A stretch of DNA of 64,000 nt. Source: an uncultured SAR86 cluster bacterium. GTDB taxonomy: Bacteria; Pseudomonadota; Gammaproteobacteria; Magnimaribacterales; D2472. A model generated the notes under the pieces. It was given only the letters and a program-made list of their open reading frames with translations, had not been told where the DNA came from and searched no databases. Below are positions 29,082 to 39,301 of this stretch, in pieces (the first letter of the stretch is position 1; every line of letters begins with the position of its first letter). Location of the stretch: positions 100,269-164,268 of the forward strand of contig CACLBJ010000002.1 in assembly GCA_902605165.1 (NCBI GenBank), in the 5' to 3' direction. A program made the position numbers and the translations under genes.

Positions 29082-30266
29082 CTAAGAAGATAATTCATCA
29101 ATAGCATCCAACACTAGACTGTAGTTTTCATAAAATTCTTTAGAAGCTCCATCTCTATCTGTATTTGGTGTAATAACCGTAACCTCACTTCCCTCCTTTG
29201 CCTCTATTGAAATTAACCCCCATTTTTCTAGCTTTTGATAAAACCAAATCAAGAATTCTACATTGTTGAGTACGCTTAACCATGAAAGATTTCCCCATTT
29301 TTGAACAGATCCTTCTGAGGGCTTGTATTTAGTTATTCTTACGAAAACAATATCATTTTTTGGATCAACAAAAATGTATTGACCAAATCTTCCGCTGGCA
29401 TTAAAAATTTTTGATTCCTCGGTGTATCTTGATACCCACCAATGCAATGAGTAACCCCTTTTCTCATCAGTCCACCAGTTAGGTGTATCCCAAACATATT
29501 CGAAGGTTTCATCAACTAGTTCTTTTGAAATGATTTGCTCGCCATTCCAGGCACCGCCATTTGAGAATAATTGTCCGAACTTAGCATAATCTCTAGCTGA
29601 CATATCAATGCAGCAGTAAGTAAGAACGTTTTGGGCTTCATCTCGCCAAAGGGTCTTTTTCTCAATACCTATCTTATTTAGAATTCTTTCTTCTAAAAGA
29701 ATATCCGCTTTCTTTCCTGTAGCGACTTCTAGCACCTCACCCAAGAGCATGGAATTGACATTGTTATATTCAAATAAAGTATCTGGCTCTTTTTCTAATT
29801 TCACATTTCTTGAATATTTCAAATGATCTTTTCTAAAGAACATGGTTTCGTGTTGATGATCTGGATATTCTAATCCGCTAGACATATTTAAAATCTGCCT
29901 AATTGTTATAACTGATCTGTCATCATCAAAATAAGGTAAGAAGTCATAAACTTTTTGATCAAGACTTTTTATTTCGCCCTTATCTATTGAAATTAAGATT
30001 AAAGCTGCATAAAAACTCTTTGCCATTGACCAAGAAGTGCCATATGAATTTTTATTGAAACCATCTGCATATCTTTCACTAATAAGATAACCATTTTTGA
30101 GGAGCACAACTGATTGTGTAGAGTCGTCTTTAAAAGATAAGTTAAATAAGTTATCTATATCGATTTGGCTAACGCCTAATTCATTTGGATTTTTAATTTC
30201 TAAGTTTTCAGCACTTAGATTAAAACTAATAAATAAACCGAATAAAAATAAAAATTTGAAAAACAT
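29082..30266 (-). CDS. Beta-lactamase-fold serine hydrolase (secreted)
   Basis: Signal peptide MFFKFLFLFGLFISFNLSA and an S-x-x-K motif (SMAKS). The N-terminus is trimmed because the longer ORF reads through tRNA-Val. Confidence 0.7.
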   Translation of the reverse strand: MFFKFLFLFGLFISFNLSAENLEIKNPNELGVSQIDIDNLFNLSFKDDSTQSVVLLKNGYLISERYADGFNKNSYGTSWSMAKSFYAALILISIDKGEIKSLDQKVYDFLPYFDDDRSVITIRQILNMSSGLEYPDHQHETMFFRKDHLKYSRNVKLEKEPDTLFEYNNVNSMLLGEVLEVATGKKADILLEERILNKIGIEKKTLWRDEAQNVLTYCCIDMSARDYAKFGQLFSNGGAWNGEQIISKELVDETFEYVWDTPNWWTDEKRGYSLHWWVSRYTEESKIFNASGRFGQYIFVDPKNDIVFVRITKYKPSEGSVQKWGNLSWLSVLNNVEFLIWFYQKLEKWGLISIEAKEGSEVTVITPNTDRDGASKEFYENYSLVLDAIDELSS

Positions 30267-30281
30267 AAAAACTCCCTTAAA

Positions 30282-30359
30282 TGGTGACTCTGGCTGGACT
30301 TGAACCAGCGACCTCTTGCATGTCAAGCAAGCACTCTAACCAAACTGAGCTACAGAGTC
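30282..30359 (-). tRNA. tRNA-Val(GAC)
   Basis: The reverse complement is GACTCTGTAGCTCAGTTTGGTTAGAGTGCTTGCTTGACATGCAAGAGGTCGCTGGTTCAAGTCCAGCCAGAGTCACCA. The anticodon loop is TTGACAT. Confidence 0.92.
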
Positions 30360-30369
30360 AAAAAATAAT

Positions 30370-31602
30370 TTACTTAATTATATATTTACCTAACTCATAC
30401 CTTGCAACTGCCCTTCTGTGAACTTCATCCGGCCCATCGGCAAGCCTTAAAGTCCTCATATGAGCAAACATAGATGCTAGCGGTGTTAACTGTGAAACCC
30501 CTTCGCCGCCATGTATTTGAATCGCCCTATCAATTATATCCAAAACAATGTTTGGAACCATGACTTTAATTTGGGCAATCTCACTTGCAGCCACTTTATT
30601 TCCAACCGTATCCATCTTGTGAGCAGCATCAAGTGTTAATAGTCTTGCTGCATTAAGTTCAATTCTTGAGTCAGCAATATGATCAAAATTACCGCCAAGT
30701 TGAGCCAATGGCTTACCAAATGCATTTTTATTTGGATCTATTCCACGTGTGCACATCAATTCAAGAGCTCTCTCACCAACACCGATAGCCCTCATGCAAT
30801 GATGGATTCTTCCTGGCCCTAATCTTCCTTGCGCAATTTCAAATCCTCTTCCCTCTCCAAGAAGTAAATTATCTTTTGGAACTCTTACATTATTAAATTT
30901 AATATGCGCATGCCCATGAGGAGCATCATCATAGCCAAAAACATGCATCATTTTTTGAACTTCTAAACCTTCTGCATCCATAGGGACTAAGATCATAGAA
31001 TGTCTTTGATGTTTTGCATTATCTGGGTTAGTGACGCCCATAAATATCATAATTTTGCATCTTGGGTCTCCAGCACCAGAAGTCCACCATTTTTCTCCAT
31101 TAATTACATACTCGTCGCCATCTAATGTAGCTGTTGCCTGCATATTTGTTGCATCTGACGATGCAACGCCTGGCTCTGTCATACCAAAACATGATCTTAT
31201 TTCACCGTCAAGTAAGGGCTGCAGCCACTCTTCTTGGTGTTTTTCATTGCCATATCTTGCTATAACTTCCATATTGCCCGTATCAGGAGCAGAACAATTA
31301 AAAACCTCTGAACCCATGCTATATTTACCCATTTGCTCAGCAAGGTGGGCATATTCATAATTTGTAAGCCCTGCTCCAAATTCACTCTCTGGTAAAAATA
31401 GATTCCATAGTCCCTGGGATTTAGCTTTATCTTTTAGCTCCTCAACAATCTCAGGAAAATAATTCCACCTGTCTTCATCAGTTTTTATTTGTTCATGAAA
31501 TTTAGCTTCATTAGGAGCAACCTCACTTTCAAGAAAATTTGAAACTCTCTCTAATAAATCTTGGGCTTCAGGTCTAATATTCATACTCATTTTTATCCCC
31601 AC
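30370..31602 (-). CDS. Acyl-CoA dehydrogenase family protein, ACAD10/ACAD11/FadE2-like
   Basis: 410 aa. N-terminal ...[27 protein letters not shown]..., [16 protein letters not shown] and a C-terminal LADGPDEVH motif characteristic of this ACAD subgroup. The start may be the internal MSMNI. Confidence 0.8.
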   Translation of the reverse strand: MGIKMSMNIRPEAQDLLERVSNFLESEVAPNEAKFHEQIKTDEDRWNYFPEIVEELKDKAKSQGLWNLFLPESEFGAGLTNYEYAHLAEQMGKYSMGSEVFNCSAPDTGNMEVIARYGNEKHQEEWLQPLLDGEIRSCFGMTEPGVASSDATNMQATATLDGDEYVINGEKWWTSGAGDPRCKIMIFMGVTNPDNAKHQRHSMILVPMDAEGLEVQKMMHVFGYDDAPHGHAHIKFNNVRVPKDNLLLGEGRGFEIAQGRLGPGRIHHCMRAIGVGERALELMCTRGIDPNKNAFGKPLAQLGGNFDHIADSRIELNAARLLTLDAAHKMDTVGNKVAASEIAQIKVMVPNIVLDIIDRAIQIHGGEGVSQLTPLASMFAHMRTLRLADGPDEVHRRAVARYELGKYIIK

Positions 31603-31654
31603 TATGGTTTGACTTACAGTACATTATAAATACTGTGAATATTACAAATATATT

Positions 31655-31668
31655 GTTATCATGATAAC
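31655..31668. promoter_or_regulatory. Perfect 14-bp palindrome GTTATCATGATAAC in the divergent ACAD/LysR intergenic region
   Basis: The palindrome is read directly from the sequence. It lies 39 nt upstream of the LysR start codon and is a candidate regulator binding site. Confidence 0.35.
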
Positions 31669-31706
31669 TTTAAGTAGAAAGCAAATCTATATATGTCTAA
31701 TAAATT

Positions 31707-32612
31707 ATGAAAATAAGTTCGTTCGATTTAAATCTTTTCGTAGTTCTCAACGCAATATATACAGAAGGAAGTCTAACAAAAGCAGCTGAGGTTGTTGGAA
31801 TAACCCAGCCTGCTGTAAGTAACGCTCTTGCTCGTCTAAGAGTAAAGTTTGAAGACGATCTTTTTATCAGAACGGGTTCAGGCATGACCCCTACCCAGAA
31901 AACGGAAAACATTATTTTGGATGTCAAAAAAGCTCTAGAGTTAATGCAAAAAAGTGTGAATGAGCCAGATGAATTTAATCCTGAAACGAGCGAACTAACT
32001 TTTAGGATTTCTCTAAGTGATATTTCAGAAGAGAGAGTTCTTCCGTATATTTTAAGAAAGATTAAAACCATTGCGCCCAAAGTTTCTATTGAGAGTTATC
32101 AGTTTGATAGAAAAGATTTTATTCATGCTCTTGCAACCAATCAATTGAACTTTGTTGTTGATCCAGTTATCCCTAGATCTAAAGATATAAAACATGATCT
32201 AATATTTGAGGATGAGTTCGTTTGTGCGCATAGAAAGAATCATCCAATTGGTGATGAAAAGAAACTAACTATGAAAGAGTTTTTGAGCCTGAAACACATC
32301 AACATATCCAACAGAAGAAGAGGCGCGTCATTAATTGATGTCGAATTAGAAAAGCTTCAGCTTAAAAGAGAAATTGCCTTAAGAGCGCAACACTTTATGG
32401 TTACTCCTCAAATTGTCAAAAATAGTGATTATGTTTTAATTTGCTCCAAAACTTTTGCAATTAAAAATAATCTAGCTTTTCAAAAACTACCAATTGATCT
32501 TCCGAACGTAGAGCAACATCTAATATGGCATGCCAGTGACGATAACGAAGGTCCTCACCTGTGGATGAAGGATCTTCTAATCGAAGCCTTTGCCGAAGCT
32601 CAAAAAGTTTAA
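31707..32612 (+). CDS. LysR-family transcriptional regulator
   Basis: 301 aa. N-terminal wHTH FVVLNAIYTEGSLTKAAEVVGITQPAVSNALARLR and a C-terminal substrate-binding fold. Confidence 0.9.
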   Translation: MKISSFDLNLFVVLNAIYTEGSLTKAAEVVGITQPAVSNALARLRVKFEDDLFIRTGSGMTPTQKTENIILDVKKALELMQKSVNEPDEFNPETSELTFRISLSDISEERVLPYILRKIKTIAPKVSIESYQFDRKDFIHALATNQLNFVVDPVIPRSKDIKHDLIFEDEFVCAHRKNHPIGDEKKLTMKEFLSLKHINISNRRRGASLIDVELEKLQLKREIALRAQHFMVTPQIVKNSDYVLICSKTFAIKNNLAFQKLPIDLPNVEQHLIWHASDDNEGPHLWMKDLLIEAFAEAQKV

Positions 32613-33406
32613 CTCAGATCATGCCCTGAGGCATTAACAAGACCTCCATCACAAGTTATAGTTTCGCCAATTGTATAAGAGCCAGCTCGGGAGCATAAAA
32701 ATATAGCTAATCCAGCAATATCTTCTGGAGTTCCAACTCTTTTTCTTGGATTCCGCGCAGCAATCCCAGAATAATCATGATTTACAGCTGAACCCAGCAT
32801 CATGCTTGGAAATGGGCCAGGTGCAATTGCATTTACAAGTATGTTTTCTCTTACTAACTTACTTGCAAGAGCTCTAGTAAGATGGTGAACTGCAGCTTTC
32901 GAGGCACTATAAGAAAAAGTCTCAAATATTGGCACATTTATTCCATCTATTGACCCAATATTTATAACTCTAGCAGGTTCGTCGTCAGAGGCATTTTTAC
33001 CAAGAGCAGGAGTGAGGTCTCTTGTTAAAAAAAACATGCTTTTTACATTTGTATCCATTACTTTATCCCAACCCTTCTCTGAGAAATTTTCATATGGCTC
33101 GCCCCATGCAGCACCAGCATTATTCACTAAAATATCTAGGCTATCTTCATGATTAAGATAATCAGAAGCAAGCTTCTGAATGCCTTCCATATTGCTAAGA
33201 TCGCAGGGAATTGCAATGCATTCTCCATTGAATTTTTCTGAAAGCTCCTTTGCTTTTTCTATTAATGGTGCCTCCTTTCTAGCAGTTATATAGACCTTAA
33301 CGCCATTCGCTAAAAACCCAGCTGCAATCATTTCTCCAATGCCTCTAGATCCACCAGTAATCAGTGCTGTCTTTCCATCAATATTAAATAGTTTATTTAT
33401 ATCCAT
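32609..33406 (-). CDS. SDR-family oxidoreductase
   Basis: 265 aa. TGGSRGIG cofactor motif, NNAG and the catalytic YSASKAA. Confidence 0.88.
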   Translation of the reverse strand: MDINKLFNIDGKTALITGGSRGIGEMIAAGFLANGVKVYITARKEAPLIEKAKELSEKFNGECIAIPCDLSNMEGIQKLASDYLNHEDSLDILVNNAGAAWGEPYENFSEKGWDKVMDTNVKSMFFLTRDLTPALGKNASDDEPARVINIGSIDGINVPIFETFSYSASKAAVHHLTRALASKLVRENILVNAIAPGPFPSMMLGSAVNHDYSGIAARNPRKRVGTPEDIAGLAIFLCSRAGSYTIGETITCDGGLVNASGHDLS

Positions 33407-33487
33407 GCTTGTCCTCTTAAAAAAATACTATTATAACTTTGAAAGAGAGACGTAATACGAAATTCTTGTAGTAATATAACCTTAGCA

Positions 33488-34633
33488 ATGAACAGAAGAG
33501 ATTTTTTAAAAATATTGGGTCTTTTTGCTCTTTCACCAAAAAAAATCTTTGCTAAAAAGAGTAAAACGAAAGAAGCAGTTGTTATTGGGGCTGGGATTAT
33601 CGGTTGCTCAATTGCTTATGAGTTATCAAAGCGCGGTGTTGCAGTAACCTTAATAGATAAAAGTGTGCCAGGTTCTGGCTGCAGCGGTAGCTCATTTTCA
33701 TGGATAAATGCAACATATCCAAAAAAGCCTTATTCATATAATTTATTCTCACAACTTGGCATCAGTGCATTTCATCTAGTTCAAAGAGAGTTATCTCTCG
33801 ATATAAAGTGGAACGGATCTTTAGAATGGGCTTCAAAAATAAGAGATCAACAGGCACTTATAGAAAGTGTAAATGAGTTACAGAATTATCCTAAATATAC
33901 TGCTACTTCAATAATTGGATATAAAAAAGCAAAAAAATTGGAACCATATATAAACTTCAAAGGTAATGAAAATATTGTCTTTTCAAAAGAAGATGGAGCA
34001 ATAGATCCAAAGGATGCTATTTCAAAAATGATAAATGCGATTAAAAAGAATGGTGGAAAAGTCTTATATCCGTGTAAGTTTGAAAAGGTTATAGAAAGTA
34101 ATGACTTATTTTCAAAAGTAAAAACATCAATGGGAATATTAAAATCTGAAAAAATTATTTTTTGCAACGGTGTTGATGTTGATAAAAGTCTTAATATAAA
34201 TTTCTTAAAAGAACCCAGGCCGGGTGTAATCATTAAAACTAAACCAAAGAAAAATCTTATAAATTCAATTGTTTATGGACCTAACATACATGCGCATCAA
34301 CAAAGTAATGGTCAACTAATAATCGGTGAGCAAATTGCTGCACCAACTGAACAAGATTCATTAAATCATTTAAAAAGAATTAATAAACATTTCAAAAATA
34401 TGGTCAGAGGTGCTTCTGATTTAAATCCATCAGAGGTACTTATTGGATGGAGGCCTATTCCAAAGGATGACTTACCTGTTATTGGCAGGTTTAAAAATAA
34501 ATCAATTTATGTTGCTGTAATGCACAGCGGGATAAGTCTTGCAGCAATTGTTGGTAATTTAGTCACTCAAGAAATTGTAGACGAAGTTGATAGCTTGCTT
34601 TTAAATGATTTTAGACCTTCGAGATTTTTTTAA
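33488..34633 (+). CDS. Tat-exported FAD-dependent oxidoreductase (DAO family)
   Basis: Twin-arginine signal MNRRDFLKILG...FA, followed by the dinucleotide-binding VVIGAGIIGCSIAYEL. Confidence 0.75.
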   Translation: MNRRDFLKILGLFALSPKKIFAKKSKTKEAVVIGAGIIGCSIAYELSKRGVAVTLIDKSVPGSGCSGSSFSWINATYPKKPYSYNLFSQLGISAFHLVQRELSLDIKWNGSLEWASKIRDQQALIESVNELQNYPKYTATSIIGYKKAKKLEPYINFKGNENIVFSKEDGAIDPKDAISKMINAIKKNGGKVLYPCKFEKVIESNDLFSKVKTSMGILKSEKIIFCNGVDVDKSLNINFLKEPRPGVIIKTKPKKNLINSIVYGPNIHAHQQSNGQLIIGEQIAAPTEQDSLNHLKRINKHFKNMVRGASDLNPSEVLIGWRPIPKDDLPVIGRFKNKSIYVAVMHSGISLAAIVGNLVTQEIVDEVDSLLLNDFRPSRFF

Positions 34634-34654
34634 TTAAATCTATACAATATAAAT

Positions 34655-35602
34655 ATGCTTGTAAATATTTCATTCCTTATTATATCCATTGTAACTCTCG
34701 TCTTTGGTGCTGAAAGGTTTGTGGATGCTTCTTCTAAAATAGCTAAAAACTTTGGCATTAGTGACTTATTTGTAGGCTTGACTATTGTTGCCCTTGGCAC
34801 ATCAGCACCTGAAATATTTGTTGCTATAAGCTCTGTAATAAACTCTGCTGAAGCTGTGGCTATAGGTACAATAGTTGGTTCAAATATTACTAATATTGCA
34901 CTTATCTTTGGTGTGTCTTGCTTCGCAGTTAATCAAATCAAAAAAAGGTTTTCACTTGAATCTCTCATACCATTCTTGTTAAGTTTTATCTTATTTTTAT
35001 TTGCTCTGAAAGATTTAAGATTTAGCCTCATTGAGTGTCTTGGATTTATTGCGATCTTTTTTTATTTCCTAGTAATTCTCTCAAAGGAGCGTTCGGGTGT
35101 TAAAGAGGTTATGTCAGGAAACACAGATATGACCAAAAACTTCATAATGCTTCTTATAGGACTAGTGCTCCTCGTGGTTGGTTCAAACTTTGCAGTGATA
35201 TATGCAGAAAAGTTTGCTCTTTTTATAGGTATTTCAGAAGTAATTGTTGGTTTGACAATTTTAGCACTGGGTACAAGTCTCCCAGAGCTCGCTGCTACTA
35301 TTTCAGCTATATTTAAAGGTAAAAATCAAATGGTTCTAGGGAATATAATTGGTTCAAATATTCTTAATCTTGTCATTATTGTCCCAATCATTGGTATATT
35401 TTCTTCGGCTGCCATGCCTGTTGAGTTATGGGAGAGAGATTCATATCCACTAATTATATTGACTTTAGCATTTACTCTTATATTGCTGTTCTTATCAAGA
35501 ATGCAAATGCCAAAGTATTTAGGAGCTATTCTAGGATTTGGATTTATAAGCTTTTATGTTATGTACGTCTTAAATCTAAGTAACATGATCAGTGTTTTTT
35601 AG
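34655..35602 (+). CDS. Calcium/cation antiporter, CaCA (YrbG) family
   Basis: 315 aa. Two alpha-repeats, GTSAPEIFVA and GTSLPELAAT, each followed by GSNI.N. Confidence 0.85.
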   Translation: MLVNISFLIISIVTLVFGAERFVDASSKIAKNFGISDLFVGLTIVALGTSAPEIFVAISSVINSAEAVAIGTIVGSNITNIALIFGVSCFAVNQIKKRFSLESLIPFLLSFILFLFALKDLRFSLIECLGFIAIFFYFLVILSKERSGVKEVMSGNTDMTKNFIMLLIGLVLLVVGSNFAVIYAEKFALFIGISEVIVGLTILALGTSLPELAATISAIFKGKNQMVLGNIIGSNILNLVIIVPIIGIFSSAAMPVELWERDSYPLIILTLAFTLILLFLSRMQMPKYLGAILGFGFISFYVMYVLNLSNMISVF

Positions 35603-36019
35603 TAATTTAATAAAAATAATGCCTATTAAGAAAACAATTATTTCGAAGATAAGAAAAGCATTAATTTCTGCAGGTAATCCTGCCTGGGATCCAAGCAACA
35701 TTAGCAAGAATCTACCAAGAGCTATTGAGCCAACAAGAAATACAAGAATTTTTATAGCAAATAGTCCGATCTGTTTATTAAAAATGCCTATTAGGAACAT
35801 CACGCCAATGACAATATTAATGCCCCCATATATACCTGCAAATTCTGAATACCCAATCGGAGATATTACAGATAAGCCTACAGCTTCATAAAAAGAAGGT
35901 AGCTCTAAACCAAGGGCATCCTGAGCTGGAGCAATAATTGCCCATAAACCAATTGGCAAATAGACAGCTGCCATCAAAAGTAAAAAAATTGTCAGGCTTA
36001 TTCGAGTAAGAATATTCAT
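35576..36019 (-). CDS. Four-TM membrane protein (DUF4345-like)
   Basis: 147 aa. The EFAGIYGGINIVIG segment resembles DUF4345. The assignment is tentative. Confidence 0.45.
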   Translation of the reverse strand: MNILTRISLTIFLLLMAAVYLPIGLWAIIAPAQDALGLELPSFYEAVGLSVISPIGYSEFAGIYGGINIVIGVMFLIGIFNKQIGLFAIKILVFLVGSIALGRFLLMLLGSQAGLPAEINAFLIFEIIVFLIGIIFIKLLKNTDHVT

Positions 36020-36426
36020 TAAAATCTATCCATTCTTATTTCTTTCTTCCTTTTTGAGTGACTAAGTCTTATGAAAAGAGTTACAAAAATTGAGACTGCA
36101 AACATGCTTATTCCCGGAATACCAAATTTATATGGTCTATCAATAAATAGAAGTGCTTGTGTAAGAGTAAAAAATAAAAAAATCAAAAAAACAGGCCAAA
36201 GAGTAGTAGTCGGGTTTCTTCCAAGAAAGTGTCTTAATATAAAGTATGAAGCTGTCAAATAAAAAGCTGGTTGGATAGTCCTCATCCTCCACTCAGCCAT
36301 CACCATTGGGTCTAATTCAACTCCAGGAAAAACTACAACTAAATGATTGGCAAACATAAAAAGCCCAGACATAATAAGAAAGAAAAAAAATAAACAGATT
36401 AATACTAATTTTTCAATAATGGCCAT
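36019..36426 (-). CDS. Hypothetical integral membrane protein
   Basis: 135 aa with 4 hydrophobic helices. Its stop abuts the start of the downstream gene. Confidence 0.4.
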   Translation of the reverse strand: MAIIEKLVLICLFFFFLIMSGLFMFANHLVVVFPGVELDPMVMAEWRMRTIQPAFYLTASYFILRHFLGRNPTTTLWPVFLIFLFFTLTQALLFIDRPYKFGIPGISMFAVSIFVTLFIRLSHSKRKKEIRMDRF

Positions 36427-36922
36427 ATACCTTAAAAACAGTTTTTTATCATTTTACTTAGTTTTAGTATCATTTCCTATTATGTCATCAAATATCATTG
36501 TTCCTAATGAAGAAATTTTAGGAAAGCCTTTTCCACTTCCTTATGAGAGAATTGGTTTAAGTGAGAATGACTTACTAAATTTCATTGATAAGACTATAAA
36601 TAATAATAAGCAGCCTGTAGTTATTTTTGGTGCTAATTGGTGCCCAGACTGCAGGATACTAAGTGCTGTTTTAGATCTTCAAACTGTAAACAAATATATG
36701 GATGATAACTTTGAGATTCTCTATATTGATTTAGGTAGATACGATATTAATATGTCATTGATGGAACTCTTCGACATTATGCCTCAACAAGGCATTCCTA
36801 GGGTTGTTATTTTAAATAAGGATAAAGAGGTCCTTAATATAAAGGATACGGGCGAATGGACAACAGCAAGATCAAGAACTAAACAAGAAATCTTTAATTA
36901 CTTCCAAGAATATAAGGAATAA
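36419..36922 (+). CDS. Secreted thioredoxin-family protein
   Basis: The start is set at MAIYLKNSFLSFYLVLVSFPIMS (signal peptide). The active site is ANWCPDC. Confidence 0.7.
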   Translation: MAIYLKNSFLSFYLVLVSFPIMSSNIIVPNEEILGKPFPLPYERIGLSENDLLNFIDKTINNNKQPVVIFGANWCPDCRILSAVLDLQTVNKYMDDNFEILYIDLGRYDINMSLMELFDIMPQQGIPRVVILNKDKEVLNIKDTGEWTTARSRTKQEIFNYFQEYKE

Positions 36923-36927
36923 AAAAA

Positions 36928-36953
36928 AGCCAGGTAAAACCTGGCTTTTTTTA
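36928..36953. terminator. Bidirectional rho-independent terminator
   Basis: The stem-loop AGCCAGG-taaaa-CCTGGCT is flanked by an A run (5') and a T run (3'). It sits between convergent genes. Confidence 0.75.
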
Positions 36954-36967
36954 TATTAAATATGTGC

Positions 36968-39301
36968 TTAATATCTATAGGTATATCTCAGAGAAACACT
37001 TCTTGGAGGTATCCACTGAAGATAATTTCTTGGTCTATAGCTTGGACTGTCAGCTGAGAACTTAAAAGCTTCTGTTCTATTGTCCATTAAATTATCAATA
37101 CTTAATTGAAGAGTAGAGTTTTCATTCAATTCAACTCCCCAGTTGAAGTTAAATTTCTCATATGCTGGTGACATTTGATCTTCAGATTGACCAAAAGTAG
37201 CATAGCTTTCTCCATAATATAGATAATCTAGTCTTGCATAAGCAGGTTTTGAACCCGCTGCATAATCATAAGAAAAGCCAACATTATACTGCTCTTCAAC
37301 AGTACCAGGTAAGCTGTCTCCAGCAGAAGCACCAAAACTTGGCATATCAATAGTTGTTTCAGCTGTCATGAATGAGCCTGCAAAATCCATGTATAAACCT
37401 TCGGCAAGTTCTACATCAAAGTCAATTTCAAAACCCTTTGTTTCAGCCTCACCACCGTTTGCAGAGAAACTCCATCCACATGCTGGAGCAATTCCAATTT
37501 GAATATCAGTCCAGTCGATCATGAAGTAAGTAGCATTAAAGTTAAAAGAATCACCTCTAGATTTAAGACCAAACTCAGTATTTTCAGCCTTGTCAGATGT
37601 ATATCTCCTTTGGAAATTAGATGCCTCGGGATCATTTGCACAAAAAGGTGGTAACGCTGTATTGTTTCCTCCTGGTCTATATCCTGCAGATGAAACCGCA
37701 AATAAGGTTAAATCTTCATTAGGCATATATGTTGCTGTCAACTTAGGTCTTGTATCTGCCTCAGTTCCAGATTCTTCATTACAAGTAGTTCCTTCTGTGG
37801 CAGTTCCATCACAACCATTGCCGGAGTAAAATATTCCAAATTCTGATGTCTTATAGCCATCTGATATTTCATAATCCCTTAAACCAGCAGTAAATTTCCA
37901 CTTATCAAGGTTAAGAGCAACTTCTCCATACATTGCCTTCTCTTCAGAGTAATTGTAGTAAGTGTAGCTTCCATAATAAAAATATGGACTTGCATCATCT
38001 CCACAATAAGGTGGGCAATATGCTGCACCATCATATCCGCCTGGAACCATAAATTGGATGTAGTCCCATGCTTCTGCAGTTAGAAGTGCTTGATTCTCAA
38101 CAATAGAATTAGGATCTGAATTTGCTTCAAAATCATAAAGACCAACTGTCCATTCAATCATTCCTGGATTTGAACTAAGTCTTAATTCAGTAATATCTGT
38201 TTCACTATCTGAAGTAACTATTAGTGGAGCTGGATAAAGGTCGTCAGTATCAATCCTTGACCACTCAGTTTCACTGTCCTCATCATAGTCTCTGTACATA
38301 GTTGTTAAGGTTGCAGAACCCCAATCAAATCCAACTTCTGTGGTTGATGCTAATGTAGACATAACAACGTTATGAACTTCGTCTGTAACTTCAGCAAAAG
38401 AGAAAAGAGGATGATAATCTGATAAATCTCTACCATATTCAGCGGCTAAAGCAGTTAATCTAGTACAAGAGCTGCCATAATAGAATGCTGTACTTGTATT
38501 ACAATTTGGGTCATTTATATCGGCTGTACCAGGCTTATCTCCATTACCTTTTTCTTTCATACCTTCGTCATAACGATCGCTAACGATGTATCTAATCATG
38601 CTTTTGATATTTCCATCATGAATCGGCGAGTCGTCTCTTTCAAAACCAAGAGTTATGGTATATCTTTCATCATCCTGATCACCTACATCTTTATTTTGTG
38701 TGATGATATTTTCATAAATACCCGGATCAAGAGCTTGAGAATAAGTTGCTCTTAATGCAAAAAGATCATTCAAAGGTATATTCACCATGGCGTTATAATT
38801 AACAATTGCATTTCCTGCAAAACGTTTTTTTCCATACTCAACGGAATATGCATAATCAAAACCTGAAAGGTCTGGTTTCTTTGTTATATATCTAATGGTT
38901 CCGCCGATTGCATTTGACCCATAAAGAGTTCCTTGAGGACCTCTTAGTACTTCAATTCTGTCAATATCCCAAATATTCATTGTTGTTCCAGGAATTTCAT
39001 CTATATATGTAGATGTAGTGCCTGAAGATCTCTGAGCTGAGCTAGTATTTAATCCTCTAAAAGAATAATATCTAGATCCTCCAGGAGTTGTGACGCCAGC
39101 AAGAGTTCTTAGAAAATCTTCTGGTGTTGTAATACCTCTTTCTTCAATATCAACATCAGTTATAACCGAGATATTCATTGGTATTTCCTGAACGGTTTCT
39201 ACTTTTTTGTTCGCAGTTACGATCACTTCTTCTACATCAGCCTGAATAAAAGCAAGCGGTGTAAGAAATGCCACAAAAGCTATTTTTCTTAGAAAATGCA
39301 T
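36968..39301 (-). CDS. TonB-dependent outer-membrane receptor
   Basis: 777 aa. Signal peptide, a TonB box-like EEVIVTA, plug-domain motifs (NISVIT..., IEVLRGPQGTLYGSNAIGG) and a long beta-barrel ending in an aromatic residue. Confidence 0.9.
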   Translation of the reverse strand: MHFLRKIAFVAFLTPLAFIQADVEEVIVTANKKVETVQEIPMNISVITDVDIEERGITTPEDFLRTLAGVTTPGGSRYYSFRGLNTSSAQRSSGTTSTYIDEIPGTTMNIWDIDRIEVLRGPQGTLYGSNAIGGTIRYITKKPDLSGFDYAYSVEYGKKRFAGNAIVNYNAMVNIPLNDLFALRATYSQALDPGIYENIITQNKDVGDQDDERYTITLGFERDDSPIHDGNIKSMIRYIVSDRYDEGMKEKGNGDKPGTADINDPNCNTSTAFYYGSSCTRLTALAAEYGRDLSDYHPLFSFAEVTDEVHNVVMSTLASTTEVGFDWGSATLTTMYRDYDEDSETEWSRIDTDDLYPAPLIVTSDSETDITELRLSSNPGMIEWTVGLYDFEANSDPNSIVENQALLTAEAWDYIQFMVPGGYDGAAYCPPYCGDDASPYFYYGSYTYYNYSEEKAMYGEVALNLDKWKFTAGLRDYEISDGYKTSEFGIFYSGNGCDGTATEGTTCNEESGTEADTRPKLTATYMPNEDLTLFAVSSAGYRPGGNNTALPPFCANDPEASNFQRRYTSDKAENTEFGLKSRGDSFNFNATYFMIDWTDIQIGIAPACGWSFSANGGEAETKGFEIDFDVELAEGLYMDFAGSFMTAETTIDMPSFGASAGDSLPGTVEEQYNVGFSYDYAAGSKPAYARLDYLYYGESYATFGQSEDQMSPAYEKFNFNWGVELNENSTLQLSIDNLMDNRTEAFKFSADSPSYRPRNYLQWIPPRSVSLRYTYRY

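Noticed and set aside
30267-30326. N-terminal extension (MTCKRSLVQVQPESPFKGVF) of the beta-lactamase-fold hydrolase ORF
   Set aside because: The extension is the antisense read-through of tRNA-Val(GAC). The internal Met at 30266 begins a proper signal peptide.
31697-32080. 127-aa ORF antisense to the LysR regulator, and similar antisense ORFs (e.g. 3216-3527, 3855-4091, 5180-5437, 20545-20763, 39645-40052, 47661-47969)
   Set aside because: - All are embedded in confidently identified genes on the other strand.
- They have low-complexity antisense-type composition.
- None has an independent motif.
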